Source: Scyliorhinus canicula (Eukaryota). From it: DNA of 64,000 nt. The stretch is from assembly GCF_902713615.1 (NCBI RefSeq), contig NC_052162.1, positions 117,667,989 through 117,731,988 on the forward strand, read 5' to 3'. Shown in pieces: positions 36,279 to 49,497 of the stretch. The notes beneath the pieces are model-generated. The model searched no databases, was not told the origin of the DNA, and saw only the letters and a program-made list of their open reading frames with translations. How positions within the stretch are numbered: the stretch's first letter is position 1; each line of letters begins with the position of its first letter. The translations under genes and the position numbers were made by a program.

Positions 36279-37294
36279 TGTTATAAGTAACAAGGTTAAG
36301 GAAGTCAAGTTAAACTCTAAAACCTGACTGGACCTTTATTTTAAAAATTCATTCTATATAAACCAAACTGTTTCTAGAAACTGCTGAATGAGGCGAAATA
36401 GTTTAAAGTAACAAATTGTTCCAGAATTTTGTAAAGCTACAGGGTATCATCCTGCCAAAGCCTGGCTCAAGCCCAAGACTCATTGTTCAATCCAATCAAA
36501 GTTAGTAAGAAAGTAAGTGATTGTCTTCCATAAAACAGTCTTTTTCAACCAATGGATATTGTATTAACCAAATGTATTAATTAAAGATTACTGTATTAAT
36601 GAGCTGCCAGTCAGTAACAGATGGCTGAATAAATAATGAGCCTTAATTGAGTGACAATTAAATAATCAATAATGAATCAGTAGTTATAGTGAGAGACTGG
36701 GTTTTATTTGCTGTAAAAATGTAAAAGCTTAATTGCTGTGTCTGTAAAGAATGCAATGAGGATAAATGTATTGGCAAGAGAGACCTTCAAGCTCTGATTA
36801 GCCTCAACATTTGAAACTATGAATCAGGGATTGTATAGAATCAGACAAAGGGATAGTATGAAACAGTTCTATTGTATTCCTGTCTGAGATAATGAGAGAA
36901 GCTGGTGTCAGTAATTGGGGATCCAATTAAATTAATCCAGATACCAAATTGACCAATTGTCATGTTATAACAGACCCAACTCTGACGTGAGGTAATGGTC
37001 ACTTTGGGGATAAAAGTAGAAGTTCTGAAGGTCTTCCTTGCTGGCCAAGTAGATTCCCGAGGCCGAGTTCCAAGGAAATTACTGTCAAAGAAGGAGCCAG
37101 AGAGGGTTACGCTTCTGCAGACTGATCACCACATGAAGTTGGAAAAGTCAATGCCTTAAAGTTTCTTTCAATAAACTTTTTAAATTTAATATAAAGTGAA
37201 TTATGTCTTTGCCTTAATTGCCTTCTCTGAACCAAAGGGAATTTATTAAATGGTAAGTTGGGAGTGGCTGAAATCAATTAAGTTCAAGATAACA
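36279..37294 (+). mobile_element. Possible solo LTR (ERV-like)
   Basis: TGTTAT...ATAACA inverted termini; internal GATAAAAG and AATAAA; no convincing TSD. Confidence 0.35.
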
Positions 37295-37321
37295 AGATCA
37301 GAAAATATACATCTTTAATTT

Positions 37322-37787
37322 AACAACTTGCATTTCTATAGTACCTTTCACAACCACAGGATGTCACAAAGAGCTTTCCAGCCAATGAAGTACTTTTGAA
37401 GTGTAGTCACTGTTGTAATGTAGGATATGCAGCAGCCAATTTACACACAGCAAGATCCCACACACAGCAATGTGATAATGAGCAGATGATGTCTTTTTAG
37501 TGATGTTGATTGAGGGATAAATATTGACCAGGACACCGGGGATAACTCCCCTGCTCTTCTTCAAAATAGTAGCTGTGGGAACTTTTACACCCACGTGAGA
37601 GGGGCAGACAGGGCCTCAGTTTAACATCTTATTTGAAAGAAGGCTGTTCTGACAGTGTAGCACTCCCTCAATGCTGGGACCAGGAATGTTGGACGTGACT
37701 TTTGTCCTCGGGTCCCTGACTGGGATTTGATCCCACAATCTTCTGACTCAGAGGTGAGGGAGCTGCCCACTGAGCCACGGCTGACAC
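37322..37787 (-). mobile_element. Deu-domain SINE (SacSINE1/AmnSINE-related)
   Basis: Minus strand carries the Deu core (GAGTGCTACACTGTCAGA..GTTAAACTGAGGCCCTGTCTGCCCCTCTC..GAAGAAGAGCAGGGGAGTTATCCCCGGTGTCCTGG) plus a tRNA head and an L2-like tail. Confidence 0.85.
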
Positions 37788-38729
37788 TATCGACAATGCA
37801 AAGTTCGAAAGGGAAAGTTACCTGTTAAAACTCACCCTTTGTCTCCCCTCTCACCCACTTTCCCTGAAGTACATCAATGTAACATGAAAAGGGGTGGCAC
37901 GGTAATAATACAAACCCCAGTATCAATAACATGGATTGGTTGACAAATGTTGAAGTGTATGTTTAGAGCCACAAGTTTCTACTTCCATTTGAGCCTCGGG
38001 CACGTTTCTGTCTCTATTGCTCGTGTCAATGACAGCCAGAAGACAGAGCTGGGGGCTGAATTTAGCTGAGAATAACGGGGCCTGTGCCCCAGTTGGGAAA
38101 CTGCCATGGAGACAGGAAGGTGCTGGAGGACTGACTGGGAAATGGGCCTCCAACCAATTGTTATATCGGTCATTCAGAGCTAAAGAGAAACCTGTCTCTT
38201 TAAATACATATACAGGGAAGAGGCTGCAATGAAATCTGTCCCTTTTAACCTGCACAAAAGCAGGAGGCTCAGATTCACAGCCTGCTGAAGGAGTCCATTC
38301 GGCTCATCATGTCCCTGCTATCTCTTTAAAAGACACTCGGATTCATCCAACTGCTCTGCTCTTTCCGCACAACCCTGCAAATTCTTCTCTCAAGTATTTA
38401 CCCTTTGGAAAGATACAATTTTAGCTGTTTTCAAGCAGATCAGAACAACTCACTGTGTCAAAAAATAAAATTAAATCTCATCTGCCCCTGTGGCTGCTTT
38501 GCCAATTACCTTCGAGGGACTCACTTTCTGTTACAGAGTCTGTCAACCCCTTTCACCCACTTTCCCTGAAGGACATCAATCTAATCATGAAAAGTGAAGA
38601 AAAATCAAACATTATTACTGATAAAACATTCATTAATGAAACTGAACATGGTTAAAATAAAATAGAAAATTACTTAAGGATCAAAGACAAGGATGTTCAC
38701 AATGATCTGGACCCAAATATTTTCTCTTT

Positions 38730-39120
38730 AATTCATCTGTTCGCTGCCCTCTTTGTGAACACCTCCGCTCAGTCCACAAGCCTGACCCTGACCTTCCGCT
38801 TGCTGCCATTAGAATTCACCACCTTGCTCTCAGGCTCACATTTCTGTCCTCGGCCTGCTGCAATGTTCCGGAGAAGCCCAACACAAGGTGGACAAATAGC
38901 CCCTTATCTGGGGCTGGTTTAGCATAGTGGGATAAGAAGCTGGATTGTAATGCAGAACAAGACAGCAGCGTGGGTTCAATTCCCATACCAGCCTCTGAAC
39001 AGGTGTCGGAATGTGGCGACTTGGGGCTTTTCACAGTAACTTTACTGAAGCCTACTTGTGACAATAAGCTATTATTATCTTCCGATGAGGCACTTTACAG
39101 CCTTCTGGACTCAACATAGA
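38730..39120 (+). mobile_element. Penelope-like GIY-YIG fragment (resumes at 40660-40920), with a SINE inserted
   Basis: Near-identical to 18240-18350 and 19670-19830. Confidence 0.7.
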
Positions 39121-39129
39121 AAGAGTAAG

Positions 39130-39595
39130 AGGGCGGCATGTTGGTGCAGTGGTTAGCACTGCTGCCTCATGGCATTGAGGCCCTGAGTTCGATCCCGCCC
39201 GGGGTCACTGTCCGTGTGAAGTTTGCACATTCTCCCCGTGTATGCATGGATCTCACCCCCACAACCCAAACGGATGTGCAGGGTAAGTGAATTTGCCACG
39301 CTAAATTGGCCCTTAATTGGAAAAAGCAATTGGATACTCTACATTTAGAAGAGAAAGAATACAAGAGCAGGGATGTACTGTTGAGGCTATATAAAGCTCT
39401 CATCGGACCCCATTTGGAATATTGTGAGCAGTTTTGGGCTCCGTATCTGAGGAAGAATGTGCAGGCCTCGGAGAGGATGCAGAGGAGGTTCACAAGAATG
39501 ATCCCCGGAATGAAGGAGATATGAGGAGCGTTGAGGACTTTAGGTCTGTACTTGATGCAGTTTAGAAGGGTAAGGGGGGATCTCATCGAAACTTA
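39130..39595 (+). mobile_element. V-SINE followed by a CR1 fragment
   Basis: SINE 39130-39340; EYKSRDVLLRLYKALIGPHLEYCEQFWAPY. Confidence 0.8.
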
Positions 39596-39903
39596 ACTGA
39601 GACGCTGTTATTACTGCATTATTCACCAATTATTACTGAATTATATAATCAACTTCAATTATTACTGAATTGTTATTGTACTTTATAATCACTTTTTGAA
39701 TAAAATACTTTCAGAATGCTTGTAATGCTTGCAAAGCTTTGCCCGCTCCATTGTTAAAGGCTGTTCTCAACTATTAAAGGCAATGTGAATGAGTTCCTCT
39801 TCGTGCTTACTTCTATCCTGTCACATTCCTTTCTTCTATTCATTATTTTGATTCATCTTATTAATCTTTAGAAGAATCAAAAGGGGAGACTTATCGAAAT
39901 CAG

Positions 39904-40291
39904 TGTTTTGTTCCCTGTGTGGTAGGTAACATGTGCTCCTCAATCCTTGTTTAGTGATGACGTATTCTGAATCCCGATGAAGAATATTCGAACTCTTCCA
40001 GTAATAACAAAAGGTTTATTGAGTAGCTACAACAGTATTTACATGAGTTCTTTACTTTAACTTTGATACCAGTGATAAGGTTAACAAGGTCTAACTATGA
40101 TAACTATACGTAACTCCACTGGCCATCTAAACTAGTCTGCTGTTGCTATGATCACAGCGCACCCAAGAGAGAGAGAGAGCCCCAATGTGGCTGCCTTTTA
40201 TACCCCTGTTGGTCCGGCCCTCTAGTGATCATGTGGTGCTACTGATGACACATTAATCCCTTGTGTACATGCACACATAGAGATCACCACA
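39904..40291 (-). mobile_element. Solo LTR, 388 bp
   Basis: TGT...ACA termini; 5-bp TSD ATCAG (39899-39903 and 40292-40296); TATAAAA then AATAAA on the minus strand. Confidence 0.85.
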
Positions 40292-41182
40292 ATCAGATTT
40301 TCTGGTTAGCTATAGACGAGGTAGATAGGGGGTTTAAATAAGAAATCATTGGGAGTAATTGACTGATTCATATTAACCGTGAGAGTAAGAGAAGCTGACT
40401 AACTGGGAATTAATCAGATAAGACTTAAAATGTTCATATTTTGCAAGTTGTGTAAACTGCTCGAGACTGCAATGTGAAATCACAGAAAGACCCTTTGTGT
40501 TAAGACCCGGTTTCGATCCCCGGGTTACTCTTGTGTGGAGTTTGCACATTCTGCCCGTGTCTGCGTGGGTCTCACCCCCACAACCAAAAGATGTGCAGGT
40601 TTGATAAATTGGCCATACTAAATTGGAAATAAATAATTGGGTACTCTAAAATTTAAAAACCACATTACCCTTCCCTTTGCCTTTTGTTCGAGCACAATTT
40701 TTATCATTTAATCTCACCCACCCTCTAACCAATCCGACTTTCCCTTTTGTTCTACCTGACCCTCCCCCTTTCTCACCAGCATCAAACACATCACATTTCT
40801 CCCTCTCTTTAGTTCAGAAGTAGAGTTACATTGGACGTGATTCATTAACTCTGTTTCAATTTCCATAGATGCTGCCAGACCTGCTGCGTTTTTCCAGTTC
40901 TTTCTGTGTTTATTTCAGATCTGCCTGTAGTGGGGCAAAATCACTATTTACCATCCAGGAAAAAATAAATGTCCTTCATCATCTTTTGTGGATCATTTCA
41001 GTGGAAAGGTGCTCTCCCAGGCTCAAAGAGCATCAGCCCACTGTAAGCAAAGTCGTGAGAACGGCCGGTCCAGCAGAATGAAACCCTCCGACCCTCCCAC
41101 TTCACCAAGTGTCAGAATGAACATGGTTCAGTTCCTGGGTGTGATTAACAGCAGCACTAACAGCAGAATCCAACACCCAAAA

Positions 41183-41773
41183 TCACTTGTGAACTCGCTG
41201 GTGTGTCCGCAGTGTGGATGATGTTCGAAACCGCTTAGCACAGTGAGAGCAGCTGAACGGTCTCTCCTCAGTGTGAATGCGCTGGTGGATCATCAGTACG
41301 TGAGAGCTTTTGAAACCCCTCCCACAGTCAGAGCATTTAAAGGGTCTCTCATTGGTATGAGTGACATTGTGTCTGAGCAAATTGGACGACTGAGTGAATC
41401 CCTTTCCACACACAGAGCAGGTGAAAGGCCTCTCCCCGGTGTGAACTCGCTGGTGTCTCTGCAGTGCGAATAAGTGAGTGAATCCCTTCCCACACACAGA
41501 GCAGGTGAACGGCTTCTCCCCGGTGTGAATTCGCTGGTGTGCCTGCAGGGTGGATGACTGAATGAAACTCTTCCCACACACAGAGCATCTGAATGGCTTT
41601 TCACCTGTGTGAATTCGCTGATGTCTCCAGAGGCTGGATGAATCACTGAATTCTTTTCCACACTTTAAGCAGCTGAATGGCCTCGTCCCGGCATGAATGC
41701 GTCGATGCGTTTCCAGTGCAGATGGGTACCTAAATCCCTTCCCACAGTCCCCACATTTCCACCGTTTCTCCAT
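41183..41773 (-). CDS. ZNF gene E, C2H2 zinc-finger protein, 7 fingers, 196 aa
   Basis: Open frame [10 protein letters not shown]...HQRVHK-stop; exon-2 donor deleted at ~42280 and left promoter arm missing, so expression is uncertain. Confidence 0.85.
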   Translation of the reverse strand: MEKRWKCGDCGKGFRYPSALETHRRIHAGTRPFSCLKCGKEFSDSSSLWRHQRIHTGEKPFRCSVCGKSFIQSSTLQAHQRIHTGEKPFTCSVCGKGFTHLFALQRHQRVHTGERPFTCSVCGKGFTQSSNLLRHNVTHTNERPFKCSDCGRGFKSSHVLMIHQRIHTEERPFSCSHCAKRFRTSSTLRTHQRVHK

Positions 41774-42644
41774 GGTGTGGGTGTCTCTGAAGGCTAGACA
41801 ATCAGTTGAAGCCTTACACAGGACAGTATCTCCCCCTGTGAATGGTGCAATGTGTTTTCAGGCTGTGTAACCGATTAAAGCTCCTTCCACAGTCAGTGCA
41901 CGAGGACAGCCTCACTCAGGTATGTTTGTGCGTCTCGATGCTTTCCCACTCACACTGATGGTTAAAGCATTCTGAAGTAAACAGAACAATCATTTGTCCG
42001 TCTTATTTAATGACCGATAATATTCAGCACCCAATGAATTGAGTGACAGTCAGATTTTGATGTGAATTTGGGTTTGAGATTTCTGTCTGTAAATCCTCAT
42101 CTTCGGATATCCTGTAAAAGGAGGTTACAAAAAGTTATCACTGTCAGTACAGGATAGAAATTCAGAACAGATTATTCTAGTTCCTAGAGAACATTCTTTC
42201 CTCTCTCATTCCCCAAAAGCTGTAAATCTCCATCCCACACACTCTCCCTCCCTTCTCACTCTGCTGTATCTAATATTCATTCTGCTGAAGGTGCTGATTC
42301 AGGCTGATTGACAGGTCCATGCTCGCTGCTTCCTGTCCTGGACACAGAGACATGCAAATCTTCATGCAGGCTGCCAGACAGATATGTGTGTTTAATGTAT
42401 AGCAAAATAGAAAATCTCAGCAGGTCTGACAGAAAAGGGAACTGATGTTTCGAGTCTCGATGACTTTTTCTCAAAGTTAGAGAGAGCTGGAAATGGGGTC
42501 AGATTTATACTGTTGTTGGTGGCGATAGGTGGAGACAGACGAACCTCGACATCGAAAGATGTGAAGATTAGTTGGATTGCCCATGATAAATTGCGCCTTC
42601 GTTGCCAAAAAGGTTAGCTGGGGTTATGGGGATAGGATGGGAAG

Positions 42645-43170
42645 CTGCTCCATGATGTCCCCCTCCCCCTTGTCCGGCACTGCGCATGTCCAAGAACGAG
42701 GGGAAAGTGCGTGTGTGCAGGGCTAGCCCACCCTCCTTGACCTGCCTGATGAGGTGTTGACCAATGGGAAATCGAGTGGGCCAGCCAATCAGAGCGTGGG
42801 ATTTGTGTGAATGGATATTGAGCTTCACACAGACTGAAACCTCCTCCAGTCTCCAACATCTGTCAGTAAAACACTTTTATAGAACAGTACAGCACAGAAC
42901 AGGCCCTTCGGCCCTCGATGTTGTGCCGAGCAATGATCACCCTACTCAAACCCACGTATCCACCCTATACCCGTAACCCAACAACCCCCCCTTAACCTTA
43001 CTTTATAGGACACTACGGGCAATTTAGCATAGCCAATCCACCTTTTCTCCCCCTTTCCATTTCTTTTCTCATTCTGACCTTCAATTGGTCACTTGCAGCA
43101 ACTGAAGGGAAAGGAAGTGAAGCCAGGGAGGGTGCAGGCTCTGGAAAGCTTGGCCCAGGTCTCTCTCTTT
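42645..43170 (+). promoter_or_regulatory. Promoter cassette P3 (half, damaged)
   Basis: TGCGCATGTCC; CCAAT 42761/42785 with the ETS site deleted; exon-1 arm interrupted by a SINE tail (42879-43042) and by an L1. Confidence 0.65.
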
Positions 43171-46100
43171 TTTAATATAAAACATTTTATTGAGGTATTT
43201 GTGATTTTGTAACAATAACAGAAGAAACAGTGTACATACAAATATAAACATAGTGCAAAGGCCGTCTTCCTCCTCACAGGTCCCACCTTTCTTACACACT
43301 AATCTAAGCTAAAACGCTTCCCCCCAACTCTTTCTCTGCCGATGGTTAATTTTCTCTGAAGAAGTTGACGAACGGCTGCCACCTCTGGACGAACCCTGAC
43401 ATTGACCCTCTCAGGGCGAACTTGATTTTCTCCAGACAGAGAAAGCCAGCCATGTCAGTGAGCCAGGTCTCTGACGTCGGGGCTTTGAGTCCCTCCAAGA
43501 TAATAGTATCCGTCTCCGGGCTACCAGAGAGGCAAAGGCCAGAACATCTTCTTTCTCCTCCTGCACTCCCGGATTCTCCGACACTCTGAAAATCAGCACC
43601 TCTAGACTTGGTGCCACCTTTGTTTTTAACACCGGGGACATGACGTCTGCAAACCCCTGCCAGAATCCCCTAAGCTTCGGGCATGCCCAGAACATATGGA
43701 CATGGTTCGCTGGTCCTGCCGCACACCTTGCGCACCCATCTTCTATCCCAAAGAATCTGTTCATCCGGGCCACTATCATGTGAGCCCGGTGAATGACCTT
43801 GAATTGTATCAGGCTGAGCCTGGCACATGATGTGGACGCGTTGACTCTACTCAACGCATCTGCCCAGAGACCATCCTCTATCTCTCCTCCTAACGCCTCT
43901 TCCCATTTGTGTTTCAGCTCCTCGATCTGCATTTCCTCTGACCCCATAAATTCCTTGTAAATGTCCAAAACCCTCCCCTCTCCCACCCATACTCTGGAAA
44001 CGACCCTGTCCTGCATCCTCCTTGGTGGAAGGATCGGGAAGGTTGAGACCTGCCTGCGTAGGAAGTCCCGCGCCTGCAGGTACCTGAACTCATTCCCTCA
44101 ACCCTCTGGGGGCATCATGATCACATTCAACAGTCTTCTAATGTTGGCCGCCAACAGCCTGTCCTTAACAAATCCCGCCTGGTCCTCCCTAATCACATCC
44201 GGAATGCAGTCTTTGATCCTTGAGGACAAGATTTTGGCCTACAGTTTGGCGTCAACAATTAATAAGGAGATCGATCTGTAGGACCCGCATAGCTCCGGGT
44301 CCTTCTCCCGCTTCAGGATCAGTGAGATAGTGGCTGTGCCATCATCGGAGGAAGTCCCCATCGCTCCCTTGCCTCATTAAATGTCCTCATCAGCAGCGAC
44401 CCCAGCTTCCCAGAGAACCTTTTGTAAAACTCAACTGGGTACCCGTCCGGTCCTGGGGCTTTACCCGACTGCATGGCCTTCAGCCCTTCTGCTATTTCTT
44501 CAATCCAGATTGGGGCCCCCAGTCCTTCCTCCACCTTCAGGAACCTCAGCCCCCCCTAAGAATTGCCTCATCCCTTCCGGCCCAGCGGGGGGTTCCGACT
44601 CATATCGCCTGCTATAAAACTCCTTGAACGCCCTGTTAACCCCTGCTGAATCTCCGACCAAGTTCCGGTCTCTGTCCTTCATTTTCCCAATCTCCCTGGC
44701 TGCCTCCCTCTTTCTGAGCTGCTACGCAAGCATTCTGCTGGCCGTCTCTCCATATTCATATATCGCCGCCTCGCCTTCCTCTGCTGCTCCACCACATTCC
44801 CTGTAGTTAGCAAGCCAAACTCCACCTGTAGCCTCCGTTGTTTCCTTAAATGCCCTGCCTCTGGGGTCTCCGCCCATCTCCTGTCGACCTGAAGTATTTC
44901 CCCTATCAGTCGATCCATCTCTGCTCTAGCTACCTTCTCCTTGTGGGCCCATATCAAAATCAGCTTCCCTCTGACTACCGCCTTCAGTGCCTCCCAGACC
45001 GTTGCTGCCGAGACTTCCCCCATGTCATTAACTTCCAGATAGTTCTGGATGCATGTCATCACCCGCCCACACACCTCCTCATCCGCTAACAATCCGACAT
45101 CCAATCTCCAATGTGGGCGCTGGCCACACTCCTTGCTCACCTGTAAGTCCAGCCAGTGCGGGGCATGATCCGAGACCGTGATCACTGAGTACTCAGTGTC
45201 TACTATCCCCTTAGCCCTCTTCAAAATGAAAAAGTTGATTCGGGAATACACTTTATGTGTAGAAAGTGAACTTCTTCACTCTCGGCCACCCAAATCTCCA
45301 TGGGTCCACTCTCCCCATCTGCTCCATAAACCCCTCGAGCTCCTTTGCCATTGCTGGCACCCTACCTGTCATTGAGCTCGACCGGTCTATCCTTGGGTCA
45401 ATGACTGTGTTGAAGTCCCCCCCAATGACCCGATTATGCAAGTCCAGGTCCGGGATCTTCTCCAACATCCTCCTTATAAACTCCACATCATCCTAGTTTG
45501 GCGCGTAGACATTCACGAGTACCACCGGCAGCCCTTCCAGCTTCCCATTAACCATGATGTACCGACCTCCCACATCCGCAACTATTCTTCCCGCCTCGAA
45601 TGACACTCGCTTATTAATCTGGATCACGACACCTCTAGTCTTACAGTCCAGCCCCGAATGAAATACCTGCCCGCCCCACCCCTTCCTTAGTCTAGCCTGA
45701 TTGATTACCCTAAGATGCGTCTCCTGTAACATTGCCACATCCGCCTTCAATCCCTTCAAGTGCGCGAACACATGTGCCCTCTTAACAGGCCCATTTAGCC
45801 CTCTAACGTTCCACATGATCAGACTGGTCGAGGCCCCCCCAACAGTCCCCCCTCCTGCCGCCGATCAGACATCACCTTTCTTAGGCCAGGGTCCAGCTTT
45901 CACCCCGTGCACCCATAGGCCCGCCCCCAGGCAGCCTCCGTCTGCAACCTCCCTTTTGTCCCCCCAGCAACAGTCCCTCCCTCGTCAGCAGAGCAAGTCC
46001 CCCCCCCCCCCCCACAGTAACAGCACAGTAAAAACAGTCCCCTTCAACAAGCATAAATTCTGCTCACCCCCCACTGCGCTTCCGTGAGCCAGCCTGCCCA

Positions 46101-46440
46101 GCTAGCTGGGTAGCACCAGCACATGGCGACAAACATTTTCCCACCTATTGTTCCCCCCCCCCCCCCCCCCCCCCCTTCCCCTGCTCGGACACACATATGC
46201 AAGAGAAAAACCATTCCCAGCCCAGTTAACCGAAAGAAACAAAAAGACAAGAAAGACCTCACACTGAAAATTCACACCTCCATCCCAACCAGTACAAATG
46301 CTAATTTTAATTTACAAAAATACGCGGCGGCTCCAGGATCGATACAGAAGGCATCACCAATCTAGTGCAAAAACAAAAGGGATATTTAACGCGAACACTG
46401 CAGCAAAGTTCAAACACCTCAGTCCCCTGCCAGCCCTTTG
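43170..46440 (-). mobile_element. L1 with an internal deletion (ORF1 end, endonuclease, partial RT, 3' end)
   Basis: MWNVRGLNGPVKR..LQETH, SDHAPH, KAPGPDG, CARC..HMFWACP; poly-A end at ~43170 inside the P3 arm. Confidence 0.9.
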
Positions 46441-46770
46441 CCAATGACATTCATGTCCCGCAGAATTGCGCAACTCTACAAGATCTTGACGTGACGTTTA
46501 TTGAGACTTGTGTCTGCAAATCATCTGCTTCCACTACCCTGCAAAAGGAGTTCACAAATGTTATCACTGTCAGTACAGGATAGAAATTCCAAACAGACAA
46601 TTCTATTTCCTATGGAACTTTCTTTCTTCTTTCGTTCCCCAAAAGCTGACCATCTCCATCCCAAAAACTCATCCCGCCCCATTCAGTTCTCACTCTGCTG
46701 CAGCTCGTATACACCCTCCCAATTCTCCTCAATGTGCTAATTCATACTGATCAACAGATCCATGCCTACG
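46441..46770 (-). pseudogene. ZNF remnant E' (exon 2, intron 2 and start of exon 3 only)
   Basis: Homologous to 2590-2930 (CTGTCAGTACAGGATAGAAATTC etc.); no finger CDS follows. Confidence 0.75.
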
Positions 46771-47439
46771 GAAAATTTAATGCAATGCACAATACTGAAT
46801 TACGTGACACAAGAGTGAGGAGAGCAAGAACCTTCTTTGGACAGAACATAATCATGCCTCGGAACTTACTGCCGAAGGTTAAAAATGTGAAGATGATCAA
46901 TGAGTTTCAAGTGAAATTGGATAGATGATTGAAGGAAATATACTGCAGGGAAATGGGGATATAGAGGGTGAATGGGACTGACTGGGTTGCTCCCCTTTGG
47001 TATAGATGCGAGTTACCAAAGGGACTCCTATGTCTAAATGCCTCTATGCTTGGAAATAAATTGAAAGGTAGAATGAGAAACAGAATGGAAAGGAGTAAAG
47101 AATGGCTAGCACAGTGATTGGTGCTGCTGCCTGACAATGCCAGGTTCCCAGGTTCAATTCCAGCCTTGTGTGACACAGTCCAAAGATGTGTCAGTTAGGT
47201 CGATTGGCCATGCTAAATTGTCCCTTAATGTCCAAAGGCTAGGAGGAGTTACGGGGATTGGGTGGGGTTTCAGAGGGTCGGTGCAGATGTGATGGGCCAA
47301 ATGGCCTCCTTCTGCACAAAGGGATTCTATGATTAAAAATACAGCACATTCCTAAAGAACAAAATAAAGCTACGAGGAGAACCATGAATAAAAAGTACAA
47401 TATAACACACATCAATGTCCCAAGGTAGCAAAATGTCCA

Positions 47440-48190
47440 TTTAAATATCAGCCATCTCCTGGGGAAACATTGATTTCCTCCCAGATGTTTCACAGAGGAG
47501 GAAGTTTCAGCCTCCAGCTCATTGAAACGTCACAATGGAGCACTACCTGAAACAGCCAATAGGAATCACTCTGTTCCTCGGTGACGTCTCCGGGTTCCAG
47601 TGCCCTGGCCCGGCTCGCGGACACGAGAGCCCCGCCCCCACCCGTTGTTACCTTTCCCTGGACATCTCCACGAGACTAGGCTTCCAGGCAACCAGCTGAC
47701 GGCCAGAGCGAGAAGCCGCACGGGTCTGCGCATGTCTAAGGGAGAGGCGTTGCGCATGCGGGAGAGAACGCCCGCCCCCTGACCTTTCTGCTGAGGTATT
47801 GACCAATGGGAAGAGAGGGGTACCGGAAGGATTCTTGCCCAACAGCCAATCAGAGCATGGGTTCTGTGTAATTCAAGGTTGAAGTTCAGATAGACGGAAA
47901 CTTCATCCTGTCTCCAACATCTGGGAGTAAAACACTTTCTTTTCTCCCCTTTCCATTTCTTTTCTCATTCTCACCTTTAATTTGTGACTGGCAGCAACTG
48001 AAGGGAAAGGAAGTGAATCCAGGGAGGGTGCAGACTCGGCAAAGCTTGGCCCAGGTCTCTCTCTTAAAGACATTGACATCCTTTGCTCCCTCAGCTTGAC
48101 ACATTTATTTGTCTGGCTTAAAGGATGGTCTCTTTCCCAATGTTCACAATTAAAGGGCTGGTTTCCCCAGGAGATGGCTGACATTTAATA
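47440..48190. promoter_or_regulatory. Promoter cassette P4 (serves E' and F)
   Basis: ACGTCACAATGG, CCAAT, GC box, NRF1 TGCGCATGCG, CCAAT 47803/47846 around ACCGGAAG; right arm 47880-48190; left-arm remnants at ~47060-47100 and 47440-47470. Confidence 0.75.
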
Positions 48191-48204
48191 TAGACAGAGA
48201 GATA

Positions 48205-48690
48205 TAGAACATAGAACAGTACAGCACAGAACAGGCCCTTCAGCCCTCAATGTTGTGCCGAGCCATGATCACCCTACTCAAAACCCACGTATCCACCCTA
48301 TACCCGTAACCCAACAACCCCCCCCTTTTTTAACCTTACTTTTTTTATTAGGCCACTACGGGCAATTTAGCATGGCCAATCCACCTAACCCGCACATCTT
48401 TGGACTGTGGGAGGAAACCGGAGCACCCGGAGGAAACCCACGCACACAGGGGGAGGATGTGCAGACTCCACACAGACAGTGACCCAGCCGGTATGTGATG
48501 TTGATATATGGTACACATTCGTAGAATCCCTAAAGTGCAGAAGGGGGACATTCAGTCAATCAAGTTTGCACTGTCCCTCCCAAAGAGCACCCTACCGAGG
48601 CCCAGTCCCCCACCCACTCCCCATAACCCCATATAACCATTGGACACTAAGGGGCAATTTAGTATGGCCGATCCTGCACATCTTTGGATA
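48205..48690 (-). mobile_element. V-SINE pieces (two)
   Basis: (ATAGAAC)n tail and V-domain. Confidence 0.75.
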
Positions 48691-49497
48691 TATGAGATAT
48701 ATTATTTATGGTTATGGATAATGTACATTTATTAGTATTTCTAGTCTTATAATATAGTATTGTAACTTATTTATTTCCAGTCATAGATTCATTACAGTAC
48801 AGCTCAAATTTGTTTGTTATGTAACCCTGCAAGTGCATTTCCTTGCAGTGCACATGCAATTTTATTTTGAAATTATTGATCATCTCTAAATGTTTCTCTC
48901 ATAGGCAGCAAGTTCAAAGTCAAATAAATCGCTGCCTAAGTAGATATATTTCTCACAAATCCCTGTACCTTCAGCAACTTAAACAGGACTCAGTGGCCAT
49001 GAATCTGTCAATCAGTTTGAATCAGCACCTTCAAGAGAATTGGGAGGATGAATATTGGATACAGCAGAGTGAGAATGGAGGGATTATGTGGGACGGAGAT
49101 TTTACAGCTTTTGGGGAATGAGAGGAAAGAATGTTCCATAGAAACTTGAATTGTCTGTTGTGAATTTCTATCCTTTACTGACTGTGATGACTTTTGTAAA
49201 CTCCTTTCACAGTTTACTAGAAGTTGGATATTACGCAGACCCAATTCTCCAAACAAATGTCACATGAGTGTATGACAGAGTCACTTGATTCATCAGGCCC
49301 TGAATATCTTCAGCCTTTGAATCTAGAAGGAGAGAAGTTTGTCTGTTCTGTCTGCTGACTGTGGAAAGAGCTTTCGCCAGTTACACAAGCTGAAATATCA
49401 TCACACCATTTAGTGGGGAGAGACCATACCCATGTTTCTGTGTGGACAAGGCTTCAACTGAATGTGAAACTTGAAAAATCACAAGGATACATGCACC

